From IMG/VR virus record IMGVR_UViG_3300023184_000034, positions 32,001-96,000 of that record: a stretch of DNA of 64,000 bases. One strand, 5' to 3'. Below the pieces are notes generated by a model. That model did not search any database, had not been told where the DNA came from, and was given only the letters and a program-made list of their open reading frames with translations. This DNA comes from a virus. The translations under genes were made by a program, and so were the position numbers. Below, one piece after another: positions 41,818 through 51,363 of this stretch. Each line of letters begins with the position of its first letter. Within the stretch, counting starts at the first letter, position 1.

Positions 41818-42165
41818 ATGGATGAAAGAATTGAAAAAGCATTTGCTGTGGCCAATTACATGAGCACATTGGCGGGCCAAAAACGTATTATTTTGGAAGA
41901 GTACAATCAGCAGCTGATACATTATACAAATGGTGCAACCTTCAAAGTCTCGCGAGAACTGATTGTGTTTGTACACACACTCACTGAGCTTGGCAGCACA
42001 GATGCTGTTGTTTTAGACGATAACAATTTTCCTGCACTAATTGACAATCTTCAGGAATTCTTAGAAAAAATTTCCAACGTGTATAATGAAGCCACTAAGG
42101 AGTATGCTGACAAGTACAATGATATTAGAGTAAAACGAAAAATTTCTGATATTGTTGAACTATGA
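41818..42165 (+). CDS. Hypothetical protein (possibly tail-fibre assembly-like)
   Basis: 115-aa ORF with Shine-Dalgarno, coupled to the next gene. Confidence 0.55.
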   Translation: MDERIEKAFAVANYMSTLAGQKRIILEEYNQQLIHYTNGATFKVSRELIVFVHTLTELGSTDAVVLDDNNFPALIDNLQEFLEKISNVYNEATKEYADKYNDIRVKRKISDIVEL

Positions 42166-43010
42166 GTCGAGGCATTGTGATATTTGCGCAGAATAATCCA
42201 CAAGTTGATTATATAAAACTGGCTGTGTTTGCAGCCAAACAAGCGCAAAAACATTTGGATTTACCTGTGAGTTTGATTACAGACAGCAGATCTTGGCTGG
42301 AACAAAATTACCCAGACCATCCATTTGACCATGTAATAGACGTTGACTTTAACGAAGTTTCTCAGCATAGAGTTTTTTACGATGGTGCCTTGGCCAGTAA
42401 AAAAGTTGACTGGCGAAATCACACAAGAAGTAAAATATACGATCTCACACCATACTATACCACACTGGTAATTGACAGTGATTACATTATCAACAGTGAT
42501 ATTTTAAAACAGGCATTTGGTAGAGATGCTGATTTGCAAATTTATTCCAACAGTATGGATTTAGCTGCCTGGCGAAATACAGAAGAATTTGCACGTATCA
42601 ATCCGTACAGTGTTAAATTTTACTGGGCTACTGCGTTTGTGTTTCAAAAAAATACAGTTACAGAATCATTTTTTTATCTAGTTAATTATATAAAATCTAA
42701 TTGGAAATATTTTAGAATGTTGTACAATATTGACACAACATTGTTTAGGAATGATTATGCTTTTAGTATTGCAATACACTTGATGAATAACAAAACACAA
42801 GGATCTTTCTCTGTAGAATTGCCAGGCACCATGATATATGTCAAAGATCGAGATATACTGGTCGGCACAAATCGTAACAAAATGAAATTCCTGTTAGAAA
42901 AAGAAAATCACCCAGGCGAATACACGCTGGCCAAAACAACAGGACTTGATGTGCATGTTATGAACAAAATAAGTCTTGCTCGTTACATAGATGGGGGTTC
43001 AGGTGTCTAA
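42162..43010 (+). CDS. Glycosyltransferase, GT-A fold (GT8-like)
   Basis: RGIVIFA, LTPY..TLVIDSDY (DxD), FRNDYAFSIA. Confidence 0.7.
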   Translation: MSRGIVIFAQNNPQVDYIKLAVFAAKQAQKHLDLPVSLITDSRSWLEQNYPDHPFDHVIDVDFNEVSQHRVFYDGALASKKVDWRNHTRSKIYDLTPYYTTLVIDSDYIINSDILKQAFGRDADLQIYSNSMDLAAWRNTEEFARINPYSVKFYWATAFVFQKNTVTESFFYLVNYIKSNWKYFRMLYNIDTTLFRNDYAFSIAIHLMNNKTQGSFSVELPGTMIYVKDRDILVGTNRNKMKFLLEKENHPGEYTLAKTTGLDVHVMNKISLARYIDGGSGV

Positions 43011-43845
43011 AGGATTTTTGGTTTTTGCACAGAATACTGCAGATGTTGACTATGTTCAGCAAGCATATGCATTGGCATTGAGTATCAAATTAACACAAAA
43101 AGAAGTCATTGACATTTCGCTAGTGACTGACAGTCCCGTACCTAAGAAATATCTAAGTGCGTTTGATCAAGTACTCTCCATACCGTTTGGCGATCAAAGT
43201 AACAATTCTAAATTTAGAACAGAAAATCGTTGGAAACTTTATCATGCAAGTCCTTACGATGAAACAATAGTGTTGGACTCAGACATGCTGGTATTAGAAG
43301 ATATTGCCACGTGGTGGAAATACTGTGGTAATTACGATATTAGATTTTGTAACAGCATAACAAATTATAAATTACAACAGGTAACAGATAACGTACACAG
43401 AAAAACATTTGCGTCCAACAATCTTACCAACCCATATTTTGCATTACATTACTTTAAAAAATCTCATAGGTCGTTGGAATTTTTTAAAGTGCTGGAGTTT
43501 GTAATCAATAACTGGGAATGGTTCTGGACCAAATTTGCACCTGAAAATTACCAAGATTGGTTAAGCATGGACTTGGCTGTGGCCATTGCCATTGAAGTGA
43601 TGTGTGCTCAAGAAGAATTTTTAGACACCAATTGCCCGTTGATATTTGTGCATATGAAAACACCCTTGCAAGGATGGAACATCAGCAACACTAGTTGGCA
43701 AGATTCTGTTCTTTACAATTTTAACGGTGACTTAACAGTGGGTAATATACAACAACAAAAAATATTTCATTATGTAGAAAATGATTTTTTATCTGACAAA
43801 ATTATCAATCGATTGGAGGAACTGACCAGTGGCCAAGCGAAGTAA
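43003..43845 (+). CDS. Glycosyltransferase, GT-A fold (paralog of the preceding gene)
   Basis: KGFLVFAQN..DY...ASPYDETIVLDSDML (DxD), FVHMK, FHY. Confidence 0.7.
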   Translation: MSKGFLVFAQNTADVDYVQQAYALALSIKLTQKEVIDISLVTDSPVPKKYLSAFDQVLSIPFGDQSNNSKFRTENRWKLYHASPYDETIVLDSDMLVLEDIATWWKYCGNYDIRFCNSITNYKLQQVTDNVHRKTFASNNLTNPYFALHYFKKSHRSLEFFKVLEFVINNWEWFWTKFAPENYQDWLSMDLAVAIAIEVMCAQEEFLDTNCPLIFVHMKTPLQGWNISNTSWQDSVLYNFNGDLTVGNIQQQKIFHYVENDFLSDKIINRLEELTSGQAK

Positions 43846-44455
43846 AAAAATCAAACCCTTGGTAGACATTGTAGTTGAAAGTAAATATTATGTGTACTAT
43901 GACAACAGTGACAACAAACTAATCAGTGTGAGTAATCAGTTGCAGCCTCAATTTGAACATTCATTAGACATAACATTTAATGAGTATAGTAAACTGGTAA
44001 CAGGAGTGCATAAGTTTGCTGATTATCATGTGGGTGTTGTTATAGACGCTGAAGGAAATCCTATAAAGGGATTGGTGTCTAATCAAGTAATTATCGAAAA
44101 TACCTTTAAAAACAGATTGCTGGCATGGATTGATACTGAAACTGATTCAGCAGATATTGAGATACATTGGGATCAATACAATAGTCAATGGGTGTTCGTG
44201 GCATCTGATGATTTGAGACAGCAATACTACGACAACAAGTTACCCGATACCAGCGTGTCTTTTTTTGTAACACTGGGACAAGATCCAAATTTCTTGTTGA
44301 GAACAATTGATATAGATTTTAAAACCATCACCTTGGACAAAATCTCTGTTAAATTTGAATCAAAATACGAAGAACGTATACAAGATATTGCTGTTACCGC
44401 CAACTTGGCAACCTTGGACTATTCATTAAAATTATGGAGTACTATAATTGAGTAA
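43829..44455 (+). CDS. Hypothetical protein
   Basis: 208-aa ORF overlapping both neighbours. Confidence 0.6.
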   Translation: MAKRSKKIKPLVDIVVESKYYVYYDNSDNKLISVSNQLQPQFEHSLDITFNEYSKLVTGVHKFADYHVGVVIDAEGNPIKGLVSNQVIIENTFKNRLLAWIDTETDSADIEIHWDQYNSQWVFVASDDLRQQYYDNKLPDTSVSFFVTLGQDPNFLLRTIDIDFKTITLDKISVKFESKYEERIQDIAVTANLATLDYSLKLWSTIIE

Positions 44456-45347
44456 AATAATAAAAGTCATAGAACAAGACATCATATTTTTAAGTTATGA
44501 TGAACCCAACGCTGAAAAAAATTACGCAGACTTGCTGGCCAAAGTACCATGGGCAAAGCGTGTACACGGAGTCAAAGGGTCGGATGCCGCACACAAAGCC
44601 TGTGCTGCCAAATGTGAAACTGAATACTTTGTCACAGTGGATGGTGATAACATTGTTGACCCAGCATTTTTAGAAGTTGAAATTGACCTTGAAGCTATCA
44701 ACGTAACCAAAAATCATGTGTTCAGTTGGTGCGGCCATGTTCACGTGAACGGTCTACGTTATGGCAATGGCGGACTCAAAATGTGGACACCCAAATTTGT
44801 CAACGCTATGAAAACACACGAAAATTCGGATGATGATGACACCAAAGGCCTAGTTGAATTTTGTTTCGATGACCGGTACTATCAGTTCAACGACAACTAC
44901 AGTAACAGCTACACCAATGCCAGTGCTTTCCAAGCCTGGCGTGCTGGGTTTCGAGAAGGTGTAAAGATGAGTTTAGATCAAGGTGCCAAAGTAACAGACC
45001 TTAAAACAATATGGTGGCAAAATTATCACCGATTATTAATTTGGTGCAACATTGGTGCTGATGTAGAAAACGGATTGTGGAGTATGTACGGTGCTAGACA
45101 AGGTGCGTACTTGACTAATTGTACTGATTGGGATTACACTAATGTACGAGATTTTGATTGGCTCACAACAGAGTGGGAAGAAACATACAGCAAGATCACT
45201 GACAAAATGTTGCCCTATGAAATAATGGGTTTAGGTGAAACACTCAAACATGAATGCGGATTAGAAATTACTGATGTTGATGCAACTGGCAGTAAGTTTT
45301 TTAAAACTGTGTTTAACAACAGCCCAAGAATTATTAGGAAAAGATAA
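44448..45347 (+). CDS. Glycosyltransferase-like (GT-A) protein
   Basis: IIFLSYDEP, RVHGVKG..AH, FVTVDGDN (DxD), AWRAGFREGVK. Confidence 0.6.
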   Translation: MSKIIKVIEQDIIFLSYDEPNAEKNYADLLAKVPWAKRVHGVKGSDAAHKACAAKCETEYFVTVDGDNIVDPAFLEVEIDLEAINVTKNHVFSWCGHVHVNGLRYGNGGLKMWTPKFVNAMKTHENSDDDDTKGLVEFCFDDRYYQFNDNYSNSYTNASAFQAWRAGFREGVKMSLDQGAKVTDLKTIWWQNYHRLLIWCNIGADVENGLWSMYGARQGAYLTNCTDWDYTNVRDFDWLTTEWEETYSKITDKMLPYEIMGLGETLKHECGLEITDVDATGSKFFKTVFNNSPRIIRKR

Positions 45348-46063
45348 TGTACGATATTGTGTTTATTACATACAAAGAAGAAATATCTTCAAGTTACTAT
45401 ATTGAAGAATTTGTAAAGAAATTTCCTTATCACAGAACACATTGGGTTCGAGGTGTTAAAGGTATCCATAATGCCCACAAAGAAGCTGCAGGTAGAGTAT
45501 TTTCTAAAATGTTCTATGTGGTTGATGCTGATGCTAAACTGTTACCAAGTTTTAAGTTTGATACAAAACTAGATCCCAGCGAAGAGGATATTGTGCATGT
45601 GTGGAGAGCTATCAATCCTGTGAATGGATTAGAATATGGTTTTGGTGGAGTCAAATTACTGCCAACAGAACTGACTCGTGTCATGTCAATTGACAGCGTT
45701 GACATGACTACCAGCATCAGCCCACGATTTAAAATAATGCCAGAAATCAACAATGTCACAGCATTCAACACTGATCCACTCAGCACATGGCGCAGTGCAT
45801 TCAGAGAATGTGTCAAGTTGGCCAGCAGAATAATTCCAGGACAAGATAATTCACAATCAGAACACCGACTACATACATGGATACACTTCGGCGGTAATGA
45901 ACCGTTTGGCGAATATTCAAAGGGTGGTGCGAGTGCGGGACAATGGTATGGAACCACCTATAAAGATGATCCCGAAGCACTGGCCAAAATCAATGATTAT
46001 GATTGGTTGGAACATCAGTTCAATGCACACATTGAACAGTTTCCGCCGGAGACTTTTAAATAA
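45347..46063 (+). CDS. Glycosyltransferase-like (GT-A) protein, paralog of the preceding gene
   Basis: YDIVFI, GVKGIHNAH, FYVVDADA (DxD), YG.GGVKL, WRSAFRECVK. Confidence 0.6.
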   Translation: MYDIVFITYKEEISSSYYIEEFVKKFPYHRTHWVRGVKGIHNAHKEAAGRVFSKMFYVVDADAKLLPSFKFDTKLDPSEEDIVHVWRAINPVNGLEYGFGGVKLLPTELTRVMSIDSVDMTTSISPRFKIMPEINNVTAFNTDPLSTWRSAFRECVKLASRIIPGQDNSQSEHRLHTWIHFGGNEPFGEYSKGGASAGQWYGTTYKDDPEALAKINDYDWLEHQFNAHIEQFPPETFK

Positions 46064-46718
46064 GATCTTTGGTTAGGGGAAAGATCTCTGCAATAACTTG
46101 GGCACAGGCTCGTGCTACTTCTTGATGCTCTTTTTGTGTGCCGTTAGCACTGCGCAATTCAATAAAGTGAATCCAGCTGCGCAGTGTACCATTCATGTAA
46201 ATTCTACTTTCTGTAAGGCCTTCTGGCAACACAGCTCGTGCTTGTTCTTTTGCTATGCCATTAGCGATAGCCCACTCGTATTCCCGTTTGGCAGCATAGA
46301 TGACTCGCTGTTGAGCTCTGTACCATTCGTTTTGTAACATTGTATCATCCACTTGGACGCTGTTCTGGCGGTTTTTTGGATCTTGAAGTCTTGCTTCTCT
46401 TGTAACAAAGTTGAGATCTTTAGTTGGGTCAGCATATCGTTGACTGAACTCTTGGAAGCTGAAACTACGATGTCTAAGGATCTGTCTAGCAATATCTCTA
46501 GTGGTTGTGATTTCGATACAGGCTGACACCATTTCGAGTGGGCTCCAGTGTTGGTGCTTGACCAAGTATCGGATGAGCTTGTCTGATGTTTCAGTGTTAA
46601 GTTGGTTGCTGGGATTGGACACACGGGCGCAATACGCAATGAGTTCCTGCGCATCTGTGATTCCAAGATTTGCAAATTCTGCGGTTGGTTGTGAATAGGA
46701 TAAAAGCTGAACATTCAT
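46056..46718 (-). CDS. thyX: FAD-dependent thymidylate synthase
   Basis: HWSPLE, RQILRHRSFSFQEFSQRY (ThyX motif), KEQARAVLP, QKEH. Confidence 0.97.
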   Translation of the reverse strand: MNVQLLSYSQPTAEFANLGITDAQELIAYCARVSNPSNQLNTETSDKLIRYLVKHQHWSPLEMVSACIEITTTRDIARQILRHRSFSFQEFSQRYADPTKDLNFVTREARLQDPKNRQNSVQVDDTMLQNEWYRAQQRVIYAAKREYEWAIANGIAKEQARAVLPEGLTESRIYMNGTLRSWIHFIELRSANGTQKEHQEVARACAQVIAEIFPLTKDLI

Positions 46719-46721
46719 TAT

Positions 46722-47042
46722 TTATAATTTCTTCTTTTTTAAAAATTTCTGAGTACTACGTTCTATGTCTTTTTTTACACGTTCAGTATCTAATTTAAAA
46801 TCAATGTTATCTATGGTGTCTTCGTAGGTTTTGCACAATTCACTAAGGTTCTGTTCAAAGACACTCCATCCTTCACGTTTTGCTTTAGCAGTTACTTTGA
46901 TTTCCCAAGTCTTACCATCTTTAAAATTAACCAAAACGGTATGTAGATACCTAACAGGTAACACGTTTAATTCAACGTCTCCGAATACTTCTGGCCAATG
47001 CTCTATGACATCCTTGGGAAGAATTTTCCCAGATTTGGTCAC
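46722..47042 (-). CDS. Hypothetical protein
   Basis: 106-aa ORF in a tightly packed operon. Confidence 0.65.
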   Translation of the reverse strand: MTKSGKILPKDVIEHWPEVFGDVELNVLPVRYLHTVLVNFKDGKTWEIKVTAKAKREGWSVFEQNLSELCKTYEDTIDNIDFKLDTERVKKDIERSTQKFLKKKKL

Positions 47043-47635
47043 TTTACAGGTTTTTTGGTCGGGACCAAGTCCTCGGCAAGACGTCTAAACTGTGCAGCTT
47101 CTTTTGCCAACTTATCTGCTTTGCTACGATATTCTTTGGCTTGTTCTTCAGGAGTAGATGCAACTGATGCCACGGGCATAATTGTTTTAACAGCTTCAAC
47201 AGTGGCTGTGGCTTTTTCAACTTTGGCTTTTTCGTTTGGCCCGTTTGGCTTCAAAGACAACTCGTCCACAGCAATACCACGTTGCTCTGCAATAATTTGA
47301 TTAAGTTCGGACAACTGAATACTGACACCTATAGTTGGAGTCATTTCGATAGCATTGGTTGGTGCCTTGATTAACCGACCACTTCCGTGTAATGCCGGCA
47401 ACATGCGACTACCGTCTGGGAATTGTGTACGATCCAGTGCTTCAGCAAACTCGTAAGACTCTTGTCCTGCACTACTCTCTACCAAATTAATAATAGCATC
47501 GTGGTAAATATCAGGCAAGTTTTCTGTAGGAACAATTAGACAACTATGTGCATCACCGGGCAAGGTGCGATATGCCACAATACATTTTTTGTTTGTGGCA
47601 ACAACACGACCTATGTGTTTTAGTTCTTTGGCCAT
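47039..47635 (-). CDS. Hypothetical protein with C-terminal coiled coil
   Basis: 198-aa ORF, overlapping stop/start with the next gene. Confidence 0.7.
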   Translation of the reverse strand: MAKELKHIGRVVATNKKCIVAYRTLPGDAHSCLIVPTENLPDIYHDAIINLVESSAGQESYEFAEALDRTQFPDGSRMLPALHGSGRLIKAPTNAIEMTPTIGVSIQLSELNQIIAEQRGIAVDELSLKPNGPNEKAKVEKATATVEAVKTIMPVASVASTPEEQAKEYRSKADKLAKEAAQFRRLAEDLVPTKKPVK

Positions 47636-47639
47636 AATA

Positions 47640-47900
47640 TTATGCTCCTACCACAGCGTTTGCTACGGATTGTGTGTTAGTTTGCGGCGCAGGTTGTTGT
47701 GCTTGCTGTGCTGAAACTGTGTCTAAAAATGTTGTTAGCTTGGTATATGTTTGACCCACGGCTACCATTTCGTTTGGTTTGAATGCACCCCGCGAACTAG
47801 CAATATCGATAATAACCTTCATGGCATTCAAGTCATTGATGGTAAGATCGTTATTTTGTGCAGCATCAGCTGCTGGTTGTTGATTTTGTACATCAGCCAT
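47640..47900 (-). CDS. Hypothetical protein
   Basis: Start ATG 47900 with AGGAG Shine-Dalgarno; LTINDL...IIDIASSRGAFK..EM..VG..Y. Confidence 0.7.
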   Translation of the reverse strand: MADVQNQQPAADAAQNNDLTINDLNAMKVIIDIASSRGAFKPNEMVAVGQTYTKLTTFLDTVSAQQAQQPAPQTNTQSVANAVVGA

Positions 47901-47933
47901 TAGAATCTCCTTATTGTGAAAGTACACAATTAA

Positions 47934-48221
47934 TTATCTCGCCTGCAAAAGTGGACAGGCAATTGTGAAAAAACTTAATTCTTTTTCACTTTCAAAGCCA
48001 ATGCGTGTATTATACACAATTGTGTTGGAATTATCTAATGTAATACCTTGCCCTATATAATACCTATTATTTAAATTTTTACGAATCCACAAATCTAATG
48101 ATTTAACCAGCATTGGATTGTATTTGTCTAAAGAAGTGTATTTGAAGTGAGGACAGGCAAACTCAACCCTGCGTAGATTAAAGTAATCTAAAGGATTGGG
48201 CTTGCCATTCTTCAATGCCAT
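47934..48221 (-). CDS. Hypothetical protein
   Basis: 95 aa; NPL and IGFE..KELSFF motifs. Confidence 0.65.
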   Translation of the reverse strand: MALKNGKPNPLDYFNLRRVEFACPHFKYTSLDKYNPMLVKSLDLWIRKNLNNRYYIGQGITLDNSNTIVYNTRIGFESEKELSFFTIACPLLQAR

Positions 48222-49405
48222 TACGCTGATTCCGCTTCAAGCTCGTAATAAGCGTACTCGCCAAATGGAGGAACAATAGTGTTATTACCGTGGATGATGA
48301 ATACTGTATCACAGTAGTTTTCATCACCCCAGCTGCCCCAAGGGTAGCCGTCTGTGAACATGATGAACTTTTTAGGTTGAATATCATTAGCTTTCATGTA
48401 TTCCCAATTGGCATCAAACTCAGTACCACCGCCACCTATTGGTTGGTAGCTATCAAACTCATCAATATTGTAACCGTCAAAGTCTGCTTCATTATATACT
48501 CTGGTGTCAAAACACCAAACTTTAATTTTAAAGTCTTTGTATTCTTCCATGATGCCTTTGATCTCTGACAAGAAATCTTTAGCTTGTTCGTCACCAATGG
48601 AACCCGACATGTCAATACCAACACAAATATCAATTGTTTCTTGAAATTGTGTACCAGGAAGTATAGCACTCATGTGCCAACCCTTGCGATTAGGACGCAT
48701 AAACGAATAGTCATTCTTGATAGTGCTTTGGATTTGCTGACGCAAAATTTCACGCCAGTTCATTTTAGGCTCTGTAAGATCTTTAATCATGCGTTGTACA
48801 TTTGCGGGAGTATTTCCCGCACCCGCTGCCTGAGCAGCTTGTATGGTGGCCTCACGTATCTCGTCACGAATTTGTTTCAATTCTTCTTTGCTGTAGCGAG
48901 GTTGACCATCTTTGCCTGGCTCACCCCAGTCAATATGTTCGTCCAGCAATTGACCAAGTGCATCTAATTCTTTTTCATCCATTTCATCATAAATCTGATC
49001 ATACACTTCTTCTGCACCCATGCCGTAGTACTTTTGATCATGGAAGATTTTAATATCCGGAATATTATGATCACCAATACGATCACGCACCAATTGTCCA
49101 TTTACACAATAGTCAGCTGCAATGTTAAAGATTTTAGCATTGCGACTTTCTCGACGACCCATGTGGTCAAATACATTGTGTAAAATTTCATGAGCAATAA
49201 CAAACTCAACTTGCTTTACAGTTAGTTTTTCAAAAAACCCACGATTAAAATAAATATGGCGACCATCAGTGGCTGCTGTGGTCAACCAATCTTCACCTTC
49301 TTGGATTTTCAATCGGGTAGCCATGTTGCCAAAGAATGGATGTTTGAGCAACAAGCTCACTCGTGCAATAATAATTTTATCAATAATTGGATCTGTATGT
49401 GACAT
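48221..49405 (-). CDS. Metallopeptidase-like/VWA domain protein (DUF2201-type), MoxR partner
   Basis: TAATDG, HEILH (HExxH), NIAAD..VN, C-terminal VWA DMSGS, GGGT.F, FTDGY; start ATG 49405. Confidence 0.85.
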   Translation of the reverse strand: MSHTDPIIDKIIIARVSLLLKHPFFGNMATRLKIQEGEDWLTTAATDGRHIYFNRGFFEKLTVKQVEFVIAHEILHNVFDHMGRRESRNAKIFNIAADYCVNGQLVRDRIGDHNIPDIKIFHDQKYYGMGAEEVYDQIYDEMDEKELDALGQLLDEHIDWGEPGKDGQPRYSKEELKQIRDEIREATIQAAQAAGAGNTPANVQRMIKDLTEPKMNWREILRQQIQSTIKNDYSFMRPNRKGWHMSAILPGTQFQETIDICVGIDMSGSIGDEQAKDFLSEIKGIMEEYKDFKIKVWCFDTRVYNEADFDGYNIDEFDSYQPIGGGGTEFDANWEYMKANDIQPKKFIMFTDGYPWGSWGDENYCDTVFIIHGNNTIVPPFGEYAYYELEAESA

Positions 49406-49434
49406 GTTTGTTCCTAAGTTCTTACTATGTATAT

Positions 49435-49463
49435 AGTATAACACCACCCGAAGGTGGTGTCAA
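49435..49463 (-). promoter_or_regulatory. Sigma70 promoter whose spacer forms an 8-bp hairpin with a UUCG loop (possible terminator/promoter hybrid)
   Basis: Minus strand TTGACA-CCACCTTCGGGTGGTGT(17 nt)-TATACT; stem ACACCACC/GGTGGTGT at 49441-49460. Confidence 0.75.
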
Positions 49464-49479
49464 ACAGTATTAAACCAAT

Positions 49480-50580
49480 TTATTTAGAATCTTTGTCAGT
49501 TGCGGCGCTAATGTACTTGCCAAACTTAGCGTGGAAGTTGTCAAAACATTTAATCTCATCTGGATCTAACGGCAATTTGTATGTGCTCAATGCCAATTTA
49601 GTACCCATAATAACCAATTCTGTTTCAAAGTTGTTCATCATAAATTCGAAGAAATTATTAACTTGCTCGTTCCAATTCTTAGCTTTCTTATCGCAAGAAT
49701 CTTTCAACTCGTAGCACAGGGACACAGTCAACGAGTACATTGCAGAAATTTCTTTAGATTTCATTTCTTTAACTTTGCCATTCAAAATGTCTGTAGGATT
49801 AGGCATTTTGCTGGCGTGTTTACGGTGCGCCATAAATTTAATAGCAAGGCCTTCACCAACGGAACCTGACACCAAATCAGTTAATGTTTCGTTATCACAG
49901 TCGTCGTCGTGCAACAATTCGCTAACAAAGGACCAGCTGCGTGGTGTAGCAAAGGCACGGCTACTGGATTTTGGATCAAAGTCGTACAAGTCCTTTTTGG
50001 AGAAACTCAAGAAGCCAACCACATCCTTGTGAACTTTGTTTTCAGCAGCCCACTCAAAATAGTCATCCCAATTAACTAACATTTCCAAGTGAACAAAACG
50101 ATTAGCCAACGGCGCTGGCATACGGAATGTAACACCTTTGTCAGTTTCTCGGTTGCCTGCTGCAACAATTACAACATTGTCGGGCAAAGTGTATGCACCA
50201 ACTTTACGATTAAGCACCAATTGATATGCAGCTGCTTGAACGCTGGGTGCTGCACTGTTCATTTCATCCAGGAACAAGATAATGTGTTTGTGCTTTTTAG
50301 CCATTTCTTGGCTGGGCAGTTCGCTGGGCGGAGCCCACACCATTGTGTTGGAGTTTGAATCAAAATACGGAATACCTTTAATATCAGTAGGCTCCCACAG
50401 ACTCAAACGTACATCAATCACGTGAGCTTCAATCTCAACGCCAAGTTGTTTGATAATGTCAGACTTACCAATGCCGGGAGGACCCCATAGAAAGATTGGA
50501 CGCTTGTTTTTAAAAGCCTTACGGAGAGACTTTTTGGCGCCGCTTGGGCCCACTGTACGGCCTGAAATATCTGTTGCCAT
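49480..50580 (-). CDS. MoxR-family AAA+ ATPase
   Basis: Walker A GPPGIGKS, Walker B ILFLDE, AAGNR, LANRF; start ATG 50580 with AGGA Shine-Dalgarno. Confidence 0.9.
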   Translation of the reverse strand: MATDISGRTVGPSGAKKSLRKAFKNKRPIFLWGPPGIGKSDIIKQLGVEIEAHVIDVRLSLWEPTDIKGIPYFDSNSNTMVWAPPSELPSQEMAKKHKHIILFLDEMNSAAPSVQAAAYQLVLNRKVGAYTLPDNVVIVAAGNRETDKGVTFRMPAPLANRFVHLEMLVNWDDYFEWAAENKVHKDVVGFLSFSKKDLYDFDPKSSSRAFATPRSWSFVSELLHDDDCDNETLTDLVSGSVGEGLAIKFMAHRKHASKMPNPTDILNGKVKEMKSKEISAMYSLTVSLCYELKDSCDKKAKNWNEQVNNFFEFMMNNFETELVIMGTKLALSTYKLPLDPDEIKCFDNFHAKFGKYISAATDKDSK

Positions 50581-50635
50581 TTTATTTCCTATCTTAGTTA
50601 AAAAAATTGTTACGAATAACGTTGTGTATGTATGT

Positions 50636-50664
50636 ATTATAGCGTCGATACACAATCACGTCAA
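50636..50664 (-). promoter_or_regulatory. Sigma70-type early promoter for the MoxR gene
   Basis: TTGACG-17 nt-TATAAT on the minus strand; late-like CTAAATA just upstream (50684-50678). Confidence 0.75.
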
Positions 50665-50680
50665 CAAGTTTTTTAAGTAT

Positions 50681-51082
50681 TTAGGCATTTTTGGCTAAAT
50701 CTTTTTCGCGCTCGTTCATGGCTTTGATAAGTCCAAATTTTCTAATGTCGTCAGAAAACAACATCAGCTCAAAACTCTTGCGTTCAGAAAATACAGTAAT
50801 TGACATGTTGGTAAGATAATATGGGCAATCCACGTATCTTTCCAAAAATATGATTGTTTGGGGACTTAATTCAATTGGTTCAGTAAATGGAATTTCGTAT
50901 TCTCTCAAATCCAATTCTTTTACCAAAAATTCGTAACCTTCATCACTTAATCGAAATGCACTGTCTTTACCAACCCGTGTGCTTTGCCACCACTTGCGTG
51001 AAAATAACTGTACATTTGCATCATCTATACTTTTGCCCCATTGTTGTAAAAATATCTTAGTCAGAGCAGTTCTGCTGATCAT
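50681..51082 (-). CDS. Hypothetical protein
   Basis: Start ATG 51082 overlapping the upstream stop; WW..R...FRL...G. Confidence 0.65.
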   Translation of the reverse strand: MISRTALTKIFLQQWGKSIDDANVQLFSRKWWQSTRVGKDSAFRLSDEGYEFLVKELDLREYEIPFTEPIELSPQTIIFLERYVDCPYYLTNMSITVFSERKSFELMLFSDDIRKFGLIKAMNEREKDLAKNA

Positions 51083-51363
51083 TTTAGAATAGCACCCTGT
51101 GTGAGTTTGACCACTTGAAAATCTTCGCAACCAAATGTGAGATTCAATTTTTTAGCCAAATTAATAGCATGTCCAGGATTACTAAAGCTGACTTTCTTGT
51201 ATTTTGGCCCAGGATAGCTGGTGAGACTATTGAAGCTCTTCAAATTAAAAGGCTCGTTTTTGTAGAACACAGCCCAAATTGCTTCAGCTTCTAAAATCTG
51301 TTCTGCTTTATAATTTTTCTTACTGATATATTCCAGTAAGATCTTTGGCTTGGGTCTTGACAT
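51079..51363 (-). CDS. Conserved hypothetical protein (late)
   Basis: [10 protein letters not shown]...[24 protein letters not shown]; start ATG 51363. Confidence 0.7.
   Translation of the reverse strand: MSRPKPKILLEYISKKNYKAEQILEAEAIWAVFYKNEPFNLKSFNSLTSYPGPKYKKVSFSNPGHAINLAKKLNLTFGCEDFQVVKLTQGAILK

Noticed and set aside
1754-46000. Numerous short minus-strand and off-frame ORFs in the structural region
   Set aside because: Antisense or alternate frames of long genes; no ribosome-binding sites or recognisable motifs
46056-46063. Convergent 8-bp overlap of thyX and the last glycosyltransferase at the strand switch
   Set aside because: No terminator hairpin is visible; small tail-to-tail overlaps are common in compact phage genomes
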